Assembly: GCA_050298055.1 (NCBI GenBank)
Contig: JBNKTL010000026.1
Location: 1-64,000 of the forward strand
Direction of reading: 5' to 3'
Length of the DNA: 64,000 bases
Source: Spirochaetota bacterium
GTDB lineage: Bacteria > Spirochaetota > UBA4802 > UBA5550
The notes under the pieces were generated by a model. That model was not told the DNA's origin and made no database searches. It saw only the letters and a list, made by a program, of their open reading frames with translations. The stretch's first letter is position 1. Each line of letters starts with the position of its first letter. This document shows, piece after piece, positions 28,178 to 37,790 of this stretch. A program made the translations under genes and the position numbers.

Positions 28178-28597
28178 TTAATAACAAATAACGACATTTT
28201 CCCCGGGTTTCTTTAAGATTGATGTAATAACAAGTATCACTGCAATTAAAATTATTATCACAACAAGGATAATAGTAAATATTTTTTTCTGTTCTGAGGT
28301 CGGCAAAAACCTGAAATTCTGGAGCTTGTATTTTGCATTTAAAATACTGTTTATAATATGGTTCCAGCTCATTTTTTCCCTGGATGAAGAATTAAAGAGC
28401 TTCCCGATCCATGAGAAGAGCCCCTGTCTTGAGCTTATTTTATTCTTTAAGTCAAACTCACCGTTTTTATAAATTCTTGTATCATCGGGATCTGCTACAA
28501 AGCTATATCCGCATGTACATTTCACCTTTATTTTTCCCTTATCAAGAGGAAACCGTATCTTTTTGCCGCATGATGGACATTTTTTTATCAGATTCAT
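28178..28597 (-). CDS. Zinc-ribbon protein with C-terminal TM helix
   Basis: CPSC..CTC; hydrophobic C-terminus. Confidence 0.7.
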   Translation of the reverse strand: MNLIKKCPSCGKKIRFPLDKGKIKVKCTCGYSFVADPDDTRIYKNGEFDLKNKISSRQGLFSWIGKLFNSSSREKMSWNHIINSILNAKYKLQNFRFLPTSEQKKIFTIILVVIIILIAVILVITSILKKPGENVVICY

Positions 28598-28679
28598 ATT
28601 GCCATAATAAATAATTTTTTTTAAAGATCAAGTTCAAATACTGATTATTTGATAAAAGGGAGGGATATGAGCGCGGAGC

Positions 28680-29546
28680 TTAAATGAGTTCCCTGAGTTG
28701 TTTTATCGTGTTGGGCACTTTAGAGAAAATATCCTCTACCTCTTCACTGTTCAGGCCGACTTTTTTAATTGCTGAATCTTTGAACTCATGATAGAGACCG
28801 TCACTCCCAATACCTACTCCGGCCATGAGACTTATATTGTGGGCAATATGGACAATTGAAACTTCTGTTTTATATTCATCCGGAGCATTGTCCGGTTCCT
28901 TGTAGTACCTGACAATGGACTTTAATACCGGGGGAAACTTCCACTTATCAAGTATTTTTTCCCCGATCTCCTGGTGATCAAATCCCATAATCTCCCTTTC
29001 CGCGTTGCTGAAGGGTATATTCTTTGATTCCACTGCTTCAAGAATCTCCTTGAATGTATTCTGAACATAGAGAGCAAGAACGACTTTACCCACGTTGTGT
29101 ATCAGCCCCCCAGTAAAAACAACATCGGCTATATCCTTTCTCTTTTTCATAAGCGCGATATTTTTTGATATGGTGGCGACAACAAGACCCTGGAGCCAGA
29201 GATCCCCCTTTGCGAGATCGTATCCGATAACCGGTTTGTCAAGAACCGGTTTCGCGGCAATAACAATAACAATATCTTTTACCTCTTTCAGGCCAAGAGT
29301 TACAATTGCCCTGTCAATTGAAGTAATCTCCTTCCCCTTGCTGAAATATGCCGAATTGCAGAGCTTCAGGATATTCGTGGTCATTGACTGGTCCTGGGAA
29401 ATCTCTTCGGCAATTTTTTTAAATGATACATCAGGATCATTGACCATATTCATGACTTTACTGGCAACTTCCGGTATTGAGGGCAGCTGGTCAATATTAG
29501 ATATTACAGATTCAATCCGCTGTTTTATATTCGCATGCATCTTCAA
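28680..29546 (-). CDS. HDOD-domain protein
   Basis: LPSIPEVA, ILKLCNSAYF, GLIHNVGK, GFDH.EIG..ILDKWKFP. Confidence 0.92.
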   Translation of the reverse strand: MKMHANIKQRIESVISNIDQLPSIPEVASKVMNMVNDPDVSFKKIAEEISQDQSMTTNILKLCNSAYFSKGKEITSIDRAIVTLGLKEVKDIVIVIAAKPVLDKPVIGYDLAKGDLWLQGLVVATISKNIALMKKRKDIADVVFTGGLIHNVGKVVLALYVQNTFKEILEAVESKNIPFSNAEREIMGFDHQEIGEKILDKWKFPPVLKSIVRYYKEPDNAPDEYKTEVSIVHIAHNISLMAGVGIGSDGLYHEFKDSAIKKVGLNSEEVEDIFSKVPNTIKQLRELI

Positions 29547-29561
29547 TTCTCCGGGTAATGA

Positions 29562-30047
29562 TCAGATCTTATAATAGACTTTTTCCCTTCCGGCGGCCCT
29601 GACCTTCAGATGCCCGTCATCAAGAAAAAAGTTTATGACTCTCCCGGTATTTCCTCCTGTATCTTCTTCAAGGACCGGTATTCCTTCCTTTTCAAGAAAC
29701 TTCTTTGTTTCTTCAATATTTCTCTCACCTATCTGCCCGAGGCTGATATTAGACTCGAACTTGAACATAGAAGCACCACCGGCAATTTTTGCAGACATGA
29801 ATTCCTTTTTTGCCCCCTCTTTTACAAGCCTGTTAATAAGGAGGGGTATCGCCGTGTCCGCATACTTTTCAGGATTTGAACCTCCGGAAGTATCTCTGGG
29901 TAAAAGAATATGCGCCATACCTCCGATCTTTTTCATGCGATCATATATACATATTCCAATACAACTGCCGAGAATTGTTCTCAGGACTGTCGGCTTTGTG
30001 CCGGTTTTGACCTGAGCAACTCCTACATTTACTAATCCGCTATCCAT
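29562..30047 (-). CDS. cheD: Chemoreceptor glutamine deamidase CheD
   Basis: TILGSCIG, GGMAHILLP, AKIAGGASMF, EDTGG..GR. Confidence 0.95.
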   Translation of the reverse strand: MDSGLVNVGVAQVKTGTKPTVLRTILGSCIGICIYDRMKKIGGMAHILLPRDTSGGSNPEKYADTAIPLLINRLVKEGAKKEFMSAKIAGGASMFKFESNISLGQIGERNIEETKKFLEKEGIPVLEEDTGGNTGRVINFFLDDGHLKVRAAGREKVYYKI

Positions 30048-30198
30048 AATTTATTCTCTGTAAAATCCCGAAATGTTTACTGTATTGTAAAACTGATGTG
30101 TATATTAACCACTTTTTTTCCTTTTGTCAAGAGCAATAGATTTATAATAATTATTTTTTGCCATTACTCAGCTTCAAGGCAAAAATTTGAATATCTTC

Positions 30199-30226
30199 TG
30201 TCCTCACCGTCAAAACGGCGGGGACA
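30199..30226. repeat. Palindromic repeat family B, degenerate copy 3
   Basis: tgtcctcaccgt-caaa-acggcggggaca. Confidence 0.6.
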
Positions 30227-30349
30227 CATCATTTATGCTTCTTTTTATAATTGATTATTCTTATACACAACCGAATAATTAAAAATTTGACTCACTTCGA
30301 AATGTTGAAATTGATAAAATGAAATCAAGAAAAGAAACAGGCAGGTTCT

Positions 30350-30410
30350 TTATCCATCTTCATCCAGTAAATCCTGTCTAAAAATCTTTTCTCAAGATTT
30401 CGGAAAGAGT
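30350..30410 (+). repeat. Dispersed ~60-bp repeat family D, copy 2
   Basis: ttatccatcttcatccagtaaatcctgtctaaaaatcttttctcaagatttcggaaagagt. Confidence 0.8.
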
Positions 30411-30542
30411 CAAAATTTTTATAAAATCACACAACCTGAATTCAATATCTTCTTGACGTAAGCAGTATTATCTAATACCTATTAAATTATAGATTCAATC
30501 TCAACTCCTTGTTATTATATATACAGAAGCTGGTGGATTACT

Positions 30543-31484
30543 ATGGACTCAATCGATATAATACAATCATCAATATCTTCCATCGATACCAATACATCAA
30601 ATATCACATCCGATATATACCTGAATGTAATAAATAACGAATTTATCACTATCAACGAGACTTTTACCATTCCAAAAATACCCGTATCAGAACTGGATTA
30701 TAAAACCGCGGAAAGTATTGTTTCTTCTGCTCTGAAACAGATACCGGAATTCCTCATTAATCACAAACTTCTCTCCAAGAGAAAACCTTCTTCCGAACAG
30801 CATTACCTTCATTTTATACAGTCTCTGAGAGGAAAGCATATCTACTTTCTTCATATATTCAAACTTGATATGGAATTCAGCGGTAATCCTGAAACAATTA
30901 TCGAAATGGGTGACAGTGATAACTATCCCTCTTTCAAAACAGACAGGTACTATTATAAGTCCAAACTTTTACCCGTTAACAGCTCCCTGAAAAAAGACGA
31001 TTCTATAATCGACTTCACAACAATAAGACTTGTCCAGAAGGAAAAGCACGAAACTGACCAGTATTTTCACACTTTTGCGATCTTTGATGAAGCCGATACA
31101 AGGAAAAACTCATTGGAATTGAGTCAACTGGCAGGACTTGACAGGTATAAAGTCTCACATAAACTCTATCCTTTTATCTCCTACGACTATTTTACCGCTG
31201 CTTTCAACGTTATTTACCCGACACAGGATGAAATCAGCACCGGTCTGGAGATATTTGAGCCTCTTTTTATCTTTCTCTACAGCAGGACATTTAACTGGAA
31301 AGATCTAATTAACGAGGAATCATTAAACGAAAAATTTTCTGAAAGTCTTGCTGTTGAGGATAATCAGCTTGTTATTACAAAACCGTTCAGGGAAAAAATG
31401 GACAGCTACTTTAACCGTTTCTCTCTTTTCAGGGATGATGAACTGGCTCTCAAAGGTTGGAGAAGATTTGACATTTCAGATTAA
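30543..31484 (+). CDS. Hypothetical protein
   Basis: 313-aa ORF; no motif recognised. Confidence 0.65.
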   Translation: MDSIDIIQSSISSIDTNTSNITSDIYLNVINNEFITINETFTIPKIPVSELDYKTAESIVSSALKQIPEFLINHKLLSKRKPSSEQHYLHFIQSLRGKHIYFLHIFKLDMEFSGNPETIIEMGDSDNYPSFKTDRYYYKSKLLPVNSSLKKDDSIIDFTTIRLVQKEKHETDQYFHTFAIFDEADTRKNSLELSQLAGLDRYKVSHKLYPFISYDYFTAAFNVIYPTQDEISTGLEIFEPLFIFLYSRTFNWKDLINEESLNEKFSESLAVEDNQLVITKPFREKMDSYFNRFSLFRDDELALKGWRRFDISD

Positions 31485-31501
31485 CCCTTCAGAATATTAC
31501 G

Positions 31502-32026
31502 ATGAACTCTTTCACTTTCTTCAGACTGTGCCTTTTAACACTTTTTCTTCTCTCCTGTACGGGGAAAACAGAGGGGATATCAGATTTTCAAACAGGACAG
31601 ACTTTTAATCCCTCAAATGGGAAAATAACAGATACCAGTCTTGCATTCAGGATTAAAAAGTATAGAAAAGGAGGTAAAAATCAAGATCTTTTTGATTATA
31701 TATATTTCCAGGGAGATAATCTCTGCTTTAGCTTCAAATTTTCTCAAAGGACCGATCCTGAAAAAATTACTGTAAAGTTTTCTCATCCGGTCAGCGGTTT
31801 GACCTTTCCTGCAGAGAGAATTGATATCATTGACAACAGGTGTTTCGGGTTTTCACTCCTCGGGAGTCTCCTTGAAAAACTTTATGAAGATCTGCTGGAT
31901 AACAAAGTCAGCATCGAGATGTTCTGCTGCAGAAAGATTAAGTTTGATATAATCGTTGAAGTTGTAAAAGATAATAAACCCAGAACATACAGGTTTCCCG
32001 AAAGTTTCAGTATTAAATATTTTTAG
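31502..32026 (+). CDS. Hypothetical lipoprotein
   Basis: LLSC lipobox after a hydrophobic stretch. Confidence 0.65.
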   Translation: MNSFTFFRLCLLTLFLLSCTGKTEGISDFQTGQTFNPSNGKITDTSLAFRIKKYRKGGKNQDLFDYIYFQGDNLCFSFKFSQRTDPEKITVKFSHPVSGLTFPAERIDIIDNRCFGFSLLGSLLEKLYEDLLDNKVSIEMFCCRKIKFDIIVEVVKDNKPRTYRFPESFSIKYF

Positions 32027-33119
32027 GACTTTTCCCCTTTTTCTCTGTAAATATTTCCGGTATCACCATCTTAAAATGTTTAATTTTACCGTAAATCTTT
32101 TCCCAGTTAATGACAAACAGACATTTTTGATATTTTAAAACTGCATGATTATTTAATATGCCGGAGATCCTGTATTTGAAAGGAAACCTTGTCTTATTAC
32201 CTTGAAAATCCTTATACCAAAGTGTATCGTCAATATGATAAAGATATCCTTCCGGGATCAGTTCAATATCCGATATATTACTAAATTCATCGAGAACATC
32301 TTCTTTTTTGCTGATAATATTCATCTTTACCAGCTTCCAGTTCCCTGCATTTCCTTTTATCAGGAAGAGCTTGTTCTCCGAATAAAGAAGTTTTGGTGTT
32401 GAGACCGTATACTTATTAAGCCGGAGATCACCTGCTGCACTGTTATATATGTACAAATAGTATACACCTCCGGCACCGGCAACAACTGAAATATTGTCCG
32501 TGCCTGCCCTGCTTAGACTTACCGTATAATACTTATTATAGGGGGGAGAAAGTTTTTCATTGTAGATAATTCCTGTTTCACCGGTCATGTAATCATAATA
32601 ACAAAGCTTCTCATCCAGGTAGTAGATTATTCTCGTTTCAATGAGAAGAATATCTTTAATGAGAGAATCTTTGTTACCCGGTTTTACTCTTTTGACGATC
32701 TTTCCGTCTTTTTCTGTAATGAATATCCTCATGCCGTCACTGAGAACAACTATTGTATTATTGTAATCTGCCATCCTGATGTTCATTTTTGTTTTACTGA
32801 TTTTAAAATTCAGAGGATAGATTGCTTCATAATTTTCTTTGTCCTGCGTCAATGCAAGTTTACTTATTATTGGTTTTTTCTTCACCTGGATTTTGAGAAT
32901 TGATGACGAATTAACAAGGTTTTCCTCAATATCATTAAAGGAATTTTTATCACCACTGATATACCTTCGGATGGAGTTCTCCAGAGCTATTTTATAGTTT
33001 TTTTTACATGAAATGAAACAGGCGGGTACTATCAGTAAAAAAGCGTTTATGAAAAATAAATATCTTCTCTTCAATTTATTTAATAGCGCTCCTCTTGGTG
33101 TTGATCTTTTCAATGGCAT
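32013..33119 (-). CDS. Hypothetical lipoprotein, possibly beta-propeller (start uncertain)
   Basis: FISC lipobox; beta-rich repeats. Confidence 0.6.
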   Translation of the reverse strand: MPLKRSTPRGALLNKLKRRYLFFINAFLLIVPACFISCKKNYKIALENSIRRYISGDKNSFNDIEENLVNSSSILKIQVKKKPIISKLALTQDKENYEAIYPLNFKISKTKMNIRMADYNNTIVVLSDGMRIFITEKDGKIVKRVKPGNKDSLIKDILLIETRIIYYLDEKLCYYDYMTGETGIIYNEKLSPPYNKYYTVSLSRAGTDNISVVAGAGGVYYLYIYNSAAGDLRLNKYTVSTPKLLYSENKLFLIKGNAGNWKLVKMNIISKKEDVLDEFSNISDIELIPEGYLYHIDDTLWYKDFQGNKTRFPFKYRISGILNNHAVLKYQKCLFVINWEKIYGKIKHFKMVIPEIFTEKKGKSPKNI

Positions 33120-34431
33120 TAATTACAAAATCTGAATCATAGAGCTCAATCATTTTTGATACGGAACTCGATTTAGCCTTGAGACTGAACCTTGATGTGG
33201 TAATATACATACCGGTTTTACATTTTTCAACATTTACCTGTTTCTGAAAATCAGTTATCTGACCTTCTGTAATCTCCCTTGTTGTCCTGTTGAAATAGAT
33301 CAAAACAGGGGGTTCATTAATTCTCTTAATATTAAAGGCTTTATATTGAAATTCATTAGGAGAAACTTTTTTCTTGTTTATTATGTTATAATTCAAACCG
33401 GATATAAGCTCTACAATAACAGGCTGTAACTCCTCCAGAGATGATGTGAAGAGTGTCATAAGGCTTGTGTCCCGTATTATTTCTTTATATGATCTGAGCT
33501 TATGCGTAGTGCTTCTGAAATTTGGATTAACTGCTGCGATCTCTTCCCAGATCCTCACCGCATCGGCAATCCTGTTTTCCTGCTCATAGCATTCCGCAAG
33601 AAGATACTTGTACTCATCCATGATTCCCGATTTTTCATCAAGCAGTTTCATCCCTGGTTCAAGAATTTCAATCCCTTTCATATAATCATTGTTTTCAAAA
33701 TAGATCTCGCCCAGCCTGAAAACACTATGAAGATAATATAAGCTGTTTTCTTTTGAACCTTCCAGCATTATCACCGCATTATCATAATCTTTTTTCATCT
33801 TATAAATTGAACCGAGAAAAAACTGTGCTTCAGTATTATCACCGGTTACTTTCAATGATTTCAAAAGGTATTCCTCCGCGCGTGTAAAGTCAGATATTTT
33901 AAAACATGAAACGCCAAGGGGTAAGAATATATCATCAAGATGATCATCAAGTGAGATTGCCTTAATCAGGTGTTCCCGGGCTTTCTTGAAGTTTTTCTGT
34001 TTATAATAGGTGTGCCCGACCCTGTGATTGGCCTTAATATCTTCAGGATTAAATGTAAGAATTATCCTGTACTCCTCAATCTCCTTGGGCCAGTTCTGTG
34101 TTAAATTATAAAGTTCCGCAAGCTGATAATGAATATCGATCTCCCTTATATGTTTTTTGAAATCAGTAATTGTAAGGATGCTGTTAAATTCCGATATTGC
34201 CAGGAGGTATTGTCCCTGGTTCTTCAGTATCTTCGACTTGAGGAATCTTGCGGGAACATAATCCCTTTTCCGGTCAAGAATCTTTTTTACGATAGTCATG
34301 GCCTTTCCCGGTTCACCATCATCAAGATGTTCTTCAGCTTTTCTTATCAAAACCGGAAATTGAAAAGATTTAAATGCCAGAAATATTACTACAACAAAGA
34401 CAAGAATTACTATAAAAAATATATAACGCAT
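33076..34431 (-). CDS. Membrane-anchored TPR protein with C-terminal Mrr-like restriction-endonuclease fold
   Basis: N-terminal TM helix, TPR repeats, C-terminal GMYITTSRFS..IELYD. Confidence 0.75.
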   Translation of the reverse strand: MRYIFFIVILVFVVVIFLAFKSFQFPVLIRKAEEHLDDGEPGKAMTIVKKILDRKRDYVPARFLKSKILKNQGQYLLAISEFNSILTITDFKKHIREIDIHYQLAELYNLTQNWPKEIEEYRIILTFNPEDIKANHRVGHTYYKQKNFKKAREHLIKAISLDDHLDDIFLPLGVSCFKISDFTRAEEYLLKSLKVTGDNTEAQFFLGSIYKMKKDYDNAVIMLEGSKENSLYYLHSVFRLGEIYFENNDYMKGIEILEPGMKLLDEKSGIMDEYKYLLAECYEQENRIADAVRIWEEIAAVNPNFRSTTHKLRSYKEIIRDTSLMTLFTSSLEELQPVIVELISGLNYNIINKKKVSPNEFQYKAFNIKRINEPPVLIYFNRTTREITEGQITDFQKQVNVEKCKTGMYITTSRFSLKAKSSSVSKMIELYDSDFVINAIEKINTKRSAIK

Positions 34432-34463
34432 AATTATTTACTTTTAATGAACCCCTTCTTTTT

Positions 34464-37400
34464 TTATTTCTTTTCCGTATCTTTGTCAGAGAGCCTCCAA
34501 TCAAAGGCCGATTTATTGATTGGAAGGGGGAAATTTTCACCATGCTCTTCTTCTGTTTCGTTCTTCTGTGGACCTGTTTTCCATTTCATCATTTCCTCTT
34601 TCATCTTTATCTTGATCTTATCAAGACGATTCCTGATATTATCATCGTTAGGGTCAAGCAACAGGGCCCTTGAGTAATTGCTTTCAGCTTCCCTCAATTT
34701 ACCCAGCTTTTCATATGACAACCCGAGGTAGAGATAAAGAGACGCGTTCTCCTCCTTTTCCGCAATTGCATTTTGAAAGTATGTGATTGCATCATTTATT
34801 TTTCCGTTTGAAAAAAGGAGAACGCCCATCTGGTAGAGAACCTTCGGATGTTTTCTGTTAATTTTCATGGCATTCTGAAGGTATTTAAAAGCATTATCGA
34901 TATCCTGCACCGTAATACTGAGGAGCCCGAGCCTGTAATTTGTATTAAAATTCTTTTCATTTATTCTGAGACTTGCCATGTAGAGAGTCCTTGCGGCTTC
35001 CCATCTCTTATCAGCTTCAAGCCTTATGGCTGTATTATAATAGTATTCCTCCTTATACGAAAGAATAAAATCAAGATATTCTTTAAAACGGGTTTTGTAT
35101 TCAGTATATTTTTTTAGTTGAAAAAGCTGTCTTGTTTCATCTTCATAATTATCTGTGGATTCGGCATATTCTGTCTTTTTAATCAATGTATAAATATCGT
35201 TATCATTCTTAATATGCCTTCTCAGATTATCTTTCATTTTTCCATTTTCACCACTGTCATCAATAATTTCCAGGACTGAATTATTGTTCTCAGTATAACT
35301 GTCATAAAAACTTCTGTTGAATTCCGATTTGACCGGCACATCAATTAAATATCCGGGTCCTGTCTCTTTCTCCGAAATTCCGGAAATCAGGTAATCGATA
35401 TCTGTAGTAACAAGATGAGTAAAAAGATGAAATTCATTATAAAAAAGAAGTTTAAGTTCTTCCTTTTTATTAAGAAACTCAATAATCCTTTTATACTTAT
35501 CAGTGTTCATCTTCATATTATCACTACTGTTGGAGGAAACCACTGTGAGAATATTTGAAAAGAGGTAGATATTATGGAACTTGAAGTTCTCTTTGAGGTT
35601 TTTCAAAGCTTCTGATATAAATTCTTTCCTGATATTGTTGAAAGAAAAAACCTGGATAAAAACTCCCTTCTCCTTAATTTTTTTTCTGAGGAGCCTGTAA
35701 TATTCCCCTGTGAACCTGAACCTGTTTCTGTTCTGGTCAAGTATATTCGTTATATCGACTATTGCGTCATATTTTTTTTCATTGTTCCTCAGGTAAATAA
35801 GGAGATTCTCCTTCTCCGGAATATATCCCGACTTTCCTGAGACCGGAAGCCTGTTAAAATCAACGGCCTCTTCCGGTATAATATCCAGGGGGACTGATCG
35901 TTTATAATAACCAATTACAGGATTTTTAAAAAACTTCTGATTGCTGTCGATAAAAAGCAACCTGCTGTTTTCATCGGGAAGATAGAGATAAACCGGAACC
36001 AGCGATCTTTTCATGTTTCTTATGATACTGTCAGAGAGCTCAAAAACAGGTTCAAAGTCTAACATCACTGTTCCCCTGTTTTTAATAAAGTGCGCATTAA
36101 AATTTGTTCTGCTGAGGGTGCCGAAATTCAGAGTTCTTTTTACATAGATATTTCCGGTAAGCCTGATAGTAAAATACTGATGTGAAAAGATAACGGAGAT
36201 TATAAGAAGAAACGCTGATATTACGTAGAAGAGTTTTTTATAGCCGCTTATTTTTCTACTGAGAATATTCAGACCCGGGACAATAATATTGAAAAGGGCT
36301 GTCAGGTAGAGTAATCCGAAGTAGAGGATATAAGTAAATTTTATAAAGCTGAGAGCGATAACAAGCGGTGCGGGAAGAATCAACAGGGAAAAATTAATAA
36401 CAGAAAATCTTCTCCCGTGATCAAACTTTTTCAAAACATTTGTAATTGTATGGGTAAGAGAATATCCGAAAACAATAATCGCAGGCATTGCCAGAAGCAT
36501 TCCGTAATATAGAGGAAGTCGGTCATGGAAGAGGTTTAAAAGATGTATAAAGGGCACAAAGAAAACCGGGAAGAGGATCTCTGTATAAATATGGGAAAGT
36601 TTCCCCTTAATCAGTATCCCTAAAATTAATCCGATGAAAAGACCGAATATTACTATTGCGAGAAATGTCAGTTTTACATGAAATGTCGCACCATAATACT
36701 TAATGATTGTCTCAAGACCGAGATAGATATAGATAATAGTATAAGAAAAATTCAGATAGGTAAAAACCAGGCTGTCCCTGATCTCGTTGTCGGAGTCACT
36801 CCTTTCCTCTTCTTCCGGAAAATGCTGGGCATATTTTATTTCAGGACTGAACTGCAATTTCAGCATAAAAAGTGAGGGAATGAGCAGAATAACTAAAAAT
36901 AAGATAAATAGGCTAAACTGTTCTCTTCCAAAGGTTATGACTCCGTAAAATCGTAGAGTGGATAATAAAACTCCTCCTGCAATCCCTAAAAGTACTGCGC
37001 CAATAAAATTAATGGTTCCCTGTTTATCATCCAGGAAGGTCCCGCAGGATATTTTCAGAAAATAGTTGACCTTTATTCCCACAGTAAAACCGGTCAGAGT
37101 GACAAGAAGTGGAATTGATAAGAACCAGCTGTTAAACAAGAAAAGTACCGGGGAACTTTCACCTGGAATGATAAAATTTCTTGCGGCAAAGAAAAATGAA
37201 AGAAGGATAAACACCACTTCTGATGAGATATAGATGACTCTGTACCTGGGACTCTTATCAAAGAGTCCCCTGCCGGACAGATTTCCCGCAAAAATACCTG
37301 CAAGAAATGAAATAAATACAACTTTCATCACAGGGAAGTAGAAAAAATAGTATACCAGGTCCAATAAAAGGTCAGAAAAAATATAACCTGAAATAACAAA

Positions 37401-37475
37401 TGTCAGAAAACTGTTTATATAGATAATTCTTCTTTGCAGTATGTCAGAATAACTGAATTCCTTCAGGTTACTCAT
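34464..37475 (-). CDS. Large polytopic membrane protein with degenerate spermidine-synthase-like domain and C-terminal TPRs
   Basis: About 13 TM helices, then KKYDAIVD..FTGEYY..KGVFIQ, then TPR repeats. Confidence 0.65.
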   Translation of the reverse strand: MSNLKEFSYSDILQRRIIYINSFLTFVISGYIFSDLLLDLVYYFFYFPVMKVVFISFLAGIFAGNLSGRGLFDKSPRYRVIYISSEVVFILLSFFFAARNFIIPGESSPVLFLFNSWFLSIPLLVTLTGFTVGIKVNYFLKISCGTFLDDKQGTINFIGAVLLGIAGGVLLSTLRFYGVITFGREQFSLFILFLVILLIPSLFMLKLQFSPEIKYAQHFPEEEERSDSDNEIRDSLVFTYLNFSYTIIYIYLGLETIIKYYGATFHVKLTFLAIVIFGLFIGLILGILIKGKLSHIYTEILFPVFFVPFIHLLNLFHDRLPLYYGMLLAMPAIIVFGYSLTHTITNVLKKFDHGRRFSVINFSLLILPAPLVIALSFIKFTYILYFGLLYLTALFNIIVPGLNILSRKISGYKKLFYVISAFLLIISVIFSHQYFTIRLTGNIYVKRTLNFGTLSRTNFNAHFIKNRGTVMLDFEPVFELSDSIIRNMKRSLVPVYLYLPDENSRLLFIDSNQKFFKNPVIGYYKRSVPLDIIPEEAVDFNRLPVSGKSGYIPEKENLLIYLRNNEKKYDAIVDITNILDQNRNRFRFTGEYYRLLRKKIKEKGVFIQVFSFNNIRKEFISEALKNLKENFKFHNIYLFSNILTVVSSNSSDNMKMNTDKYKRIIEFLNKKEELKLLFYNEFHLFTHLVTTDIDYLISGISEKETGPGYLIDVPVKSEFNRSFYDSYTENNNSVLEIIDDSGENGKMKDNLRRHIKNDNDIYTLIKKTEYAESTDNYEDETRQLFQLKKYTEYKTRFKEYLDFILSYKEEYYYNTAIRLEADKRWEAARTLYMASLRINEKNFNTNYRLGLLSITVQDIDNAFKYLQNAMKINRKHPKVLYQMGVLLFSNGKINDAITYFQNAIAEKEENASLYLYLGLSYEKLGKLREAESNYSRALLLDPNDDNIRNRLDKIKIKMKEEMMKWKTGPQKNETEEEHGENFPLPINKSAFDWRLSDKDTEKK

Positions 37476-37661
37476 AAAAAGAAACTCCTGGAAATTAAAG
37501 GCTTTTTGATCTGTAATCTTAATTAAATAGTAATAAGTTGTCCCCGTTTAAAAAAAACAACTATTTTTTCTCTGAATTGAGGTCTTACTTAATAAAATGA
37601 TATATTAAATTTATCAATTGATAGTTATCCATACCGATATTAAAAAGGAAAAGATTACTTG

Positions 37662-37700
37662 TATGTCCCCGCCGCATTCGGCGGCAGGGACATATTGTTA
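37662..37700. repeat. Palindromic repeat family B, copy 4
   Basis: tatgtccccgccgcattcggcggcagggacatattgtta. Confidence 0.75.
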
Positions 37701-37790
37701 ATATATTAATAAACAGGATAATTATAGCCATATAGAGTAGTAACAGGAAAAGACAATTAATGATCAAAATATGTCGGATCTTTTATTATT

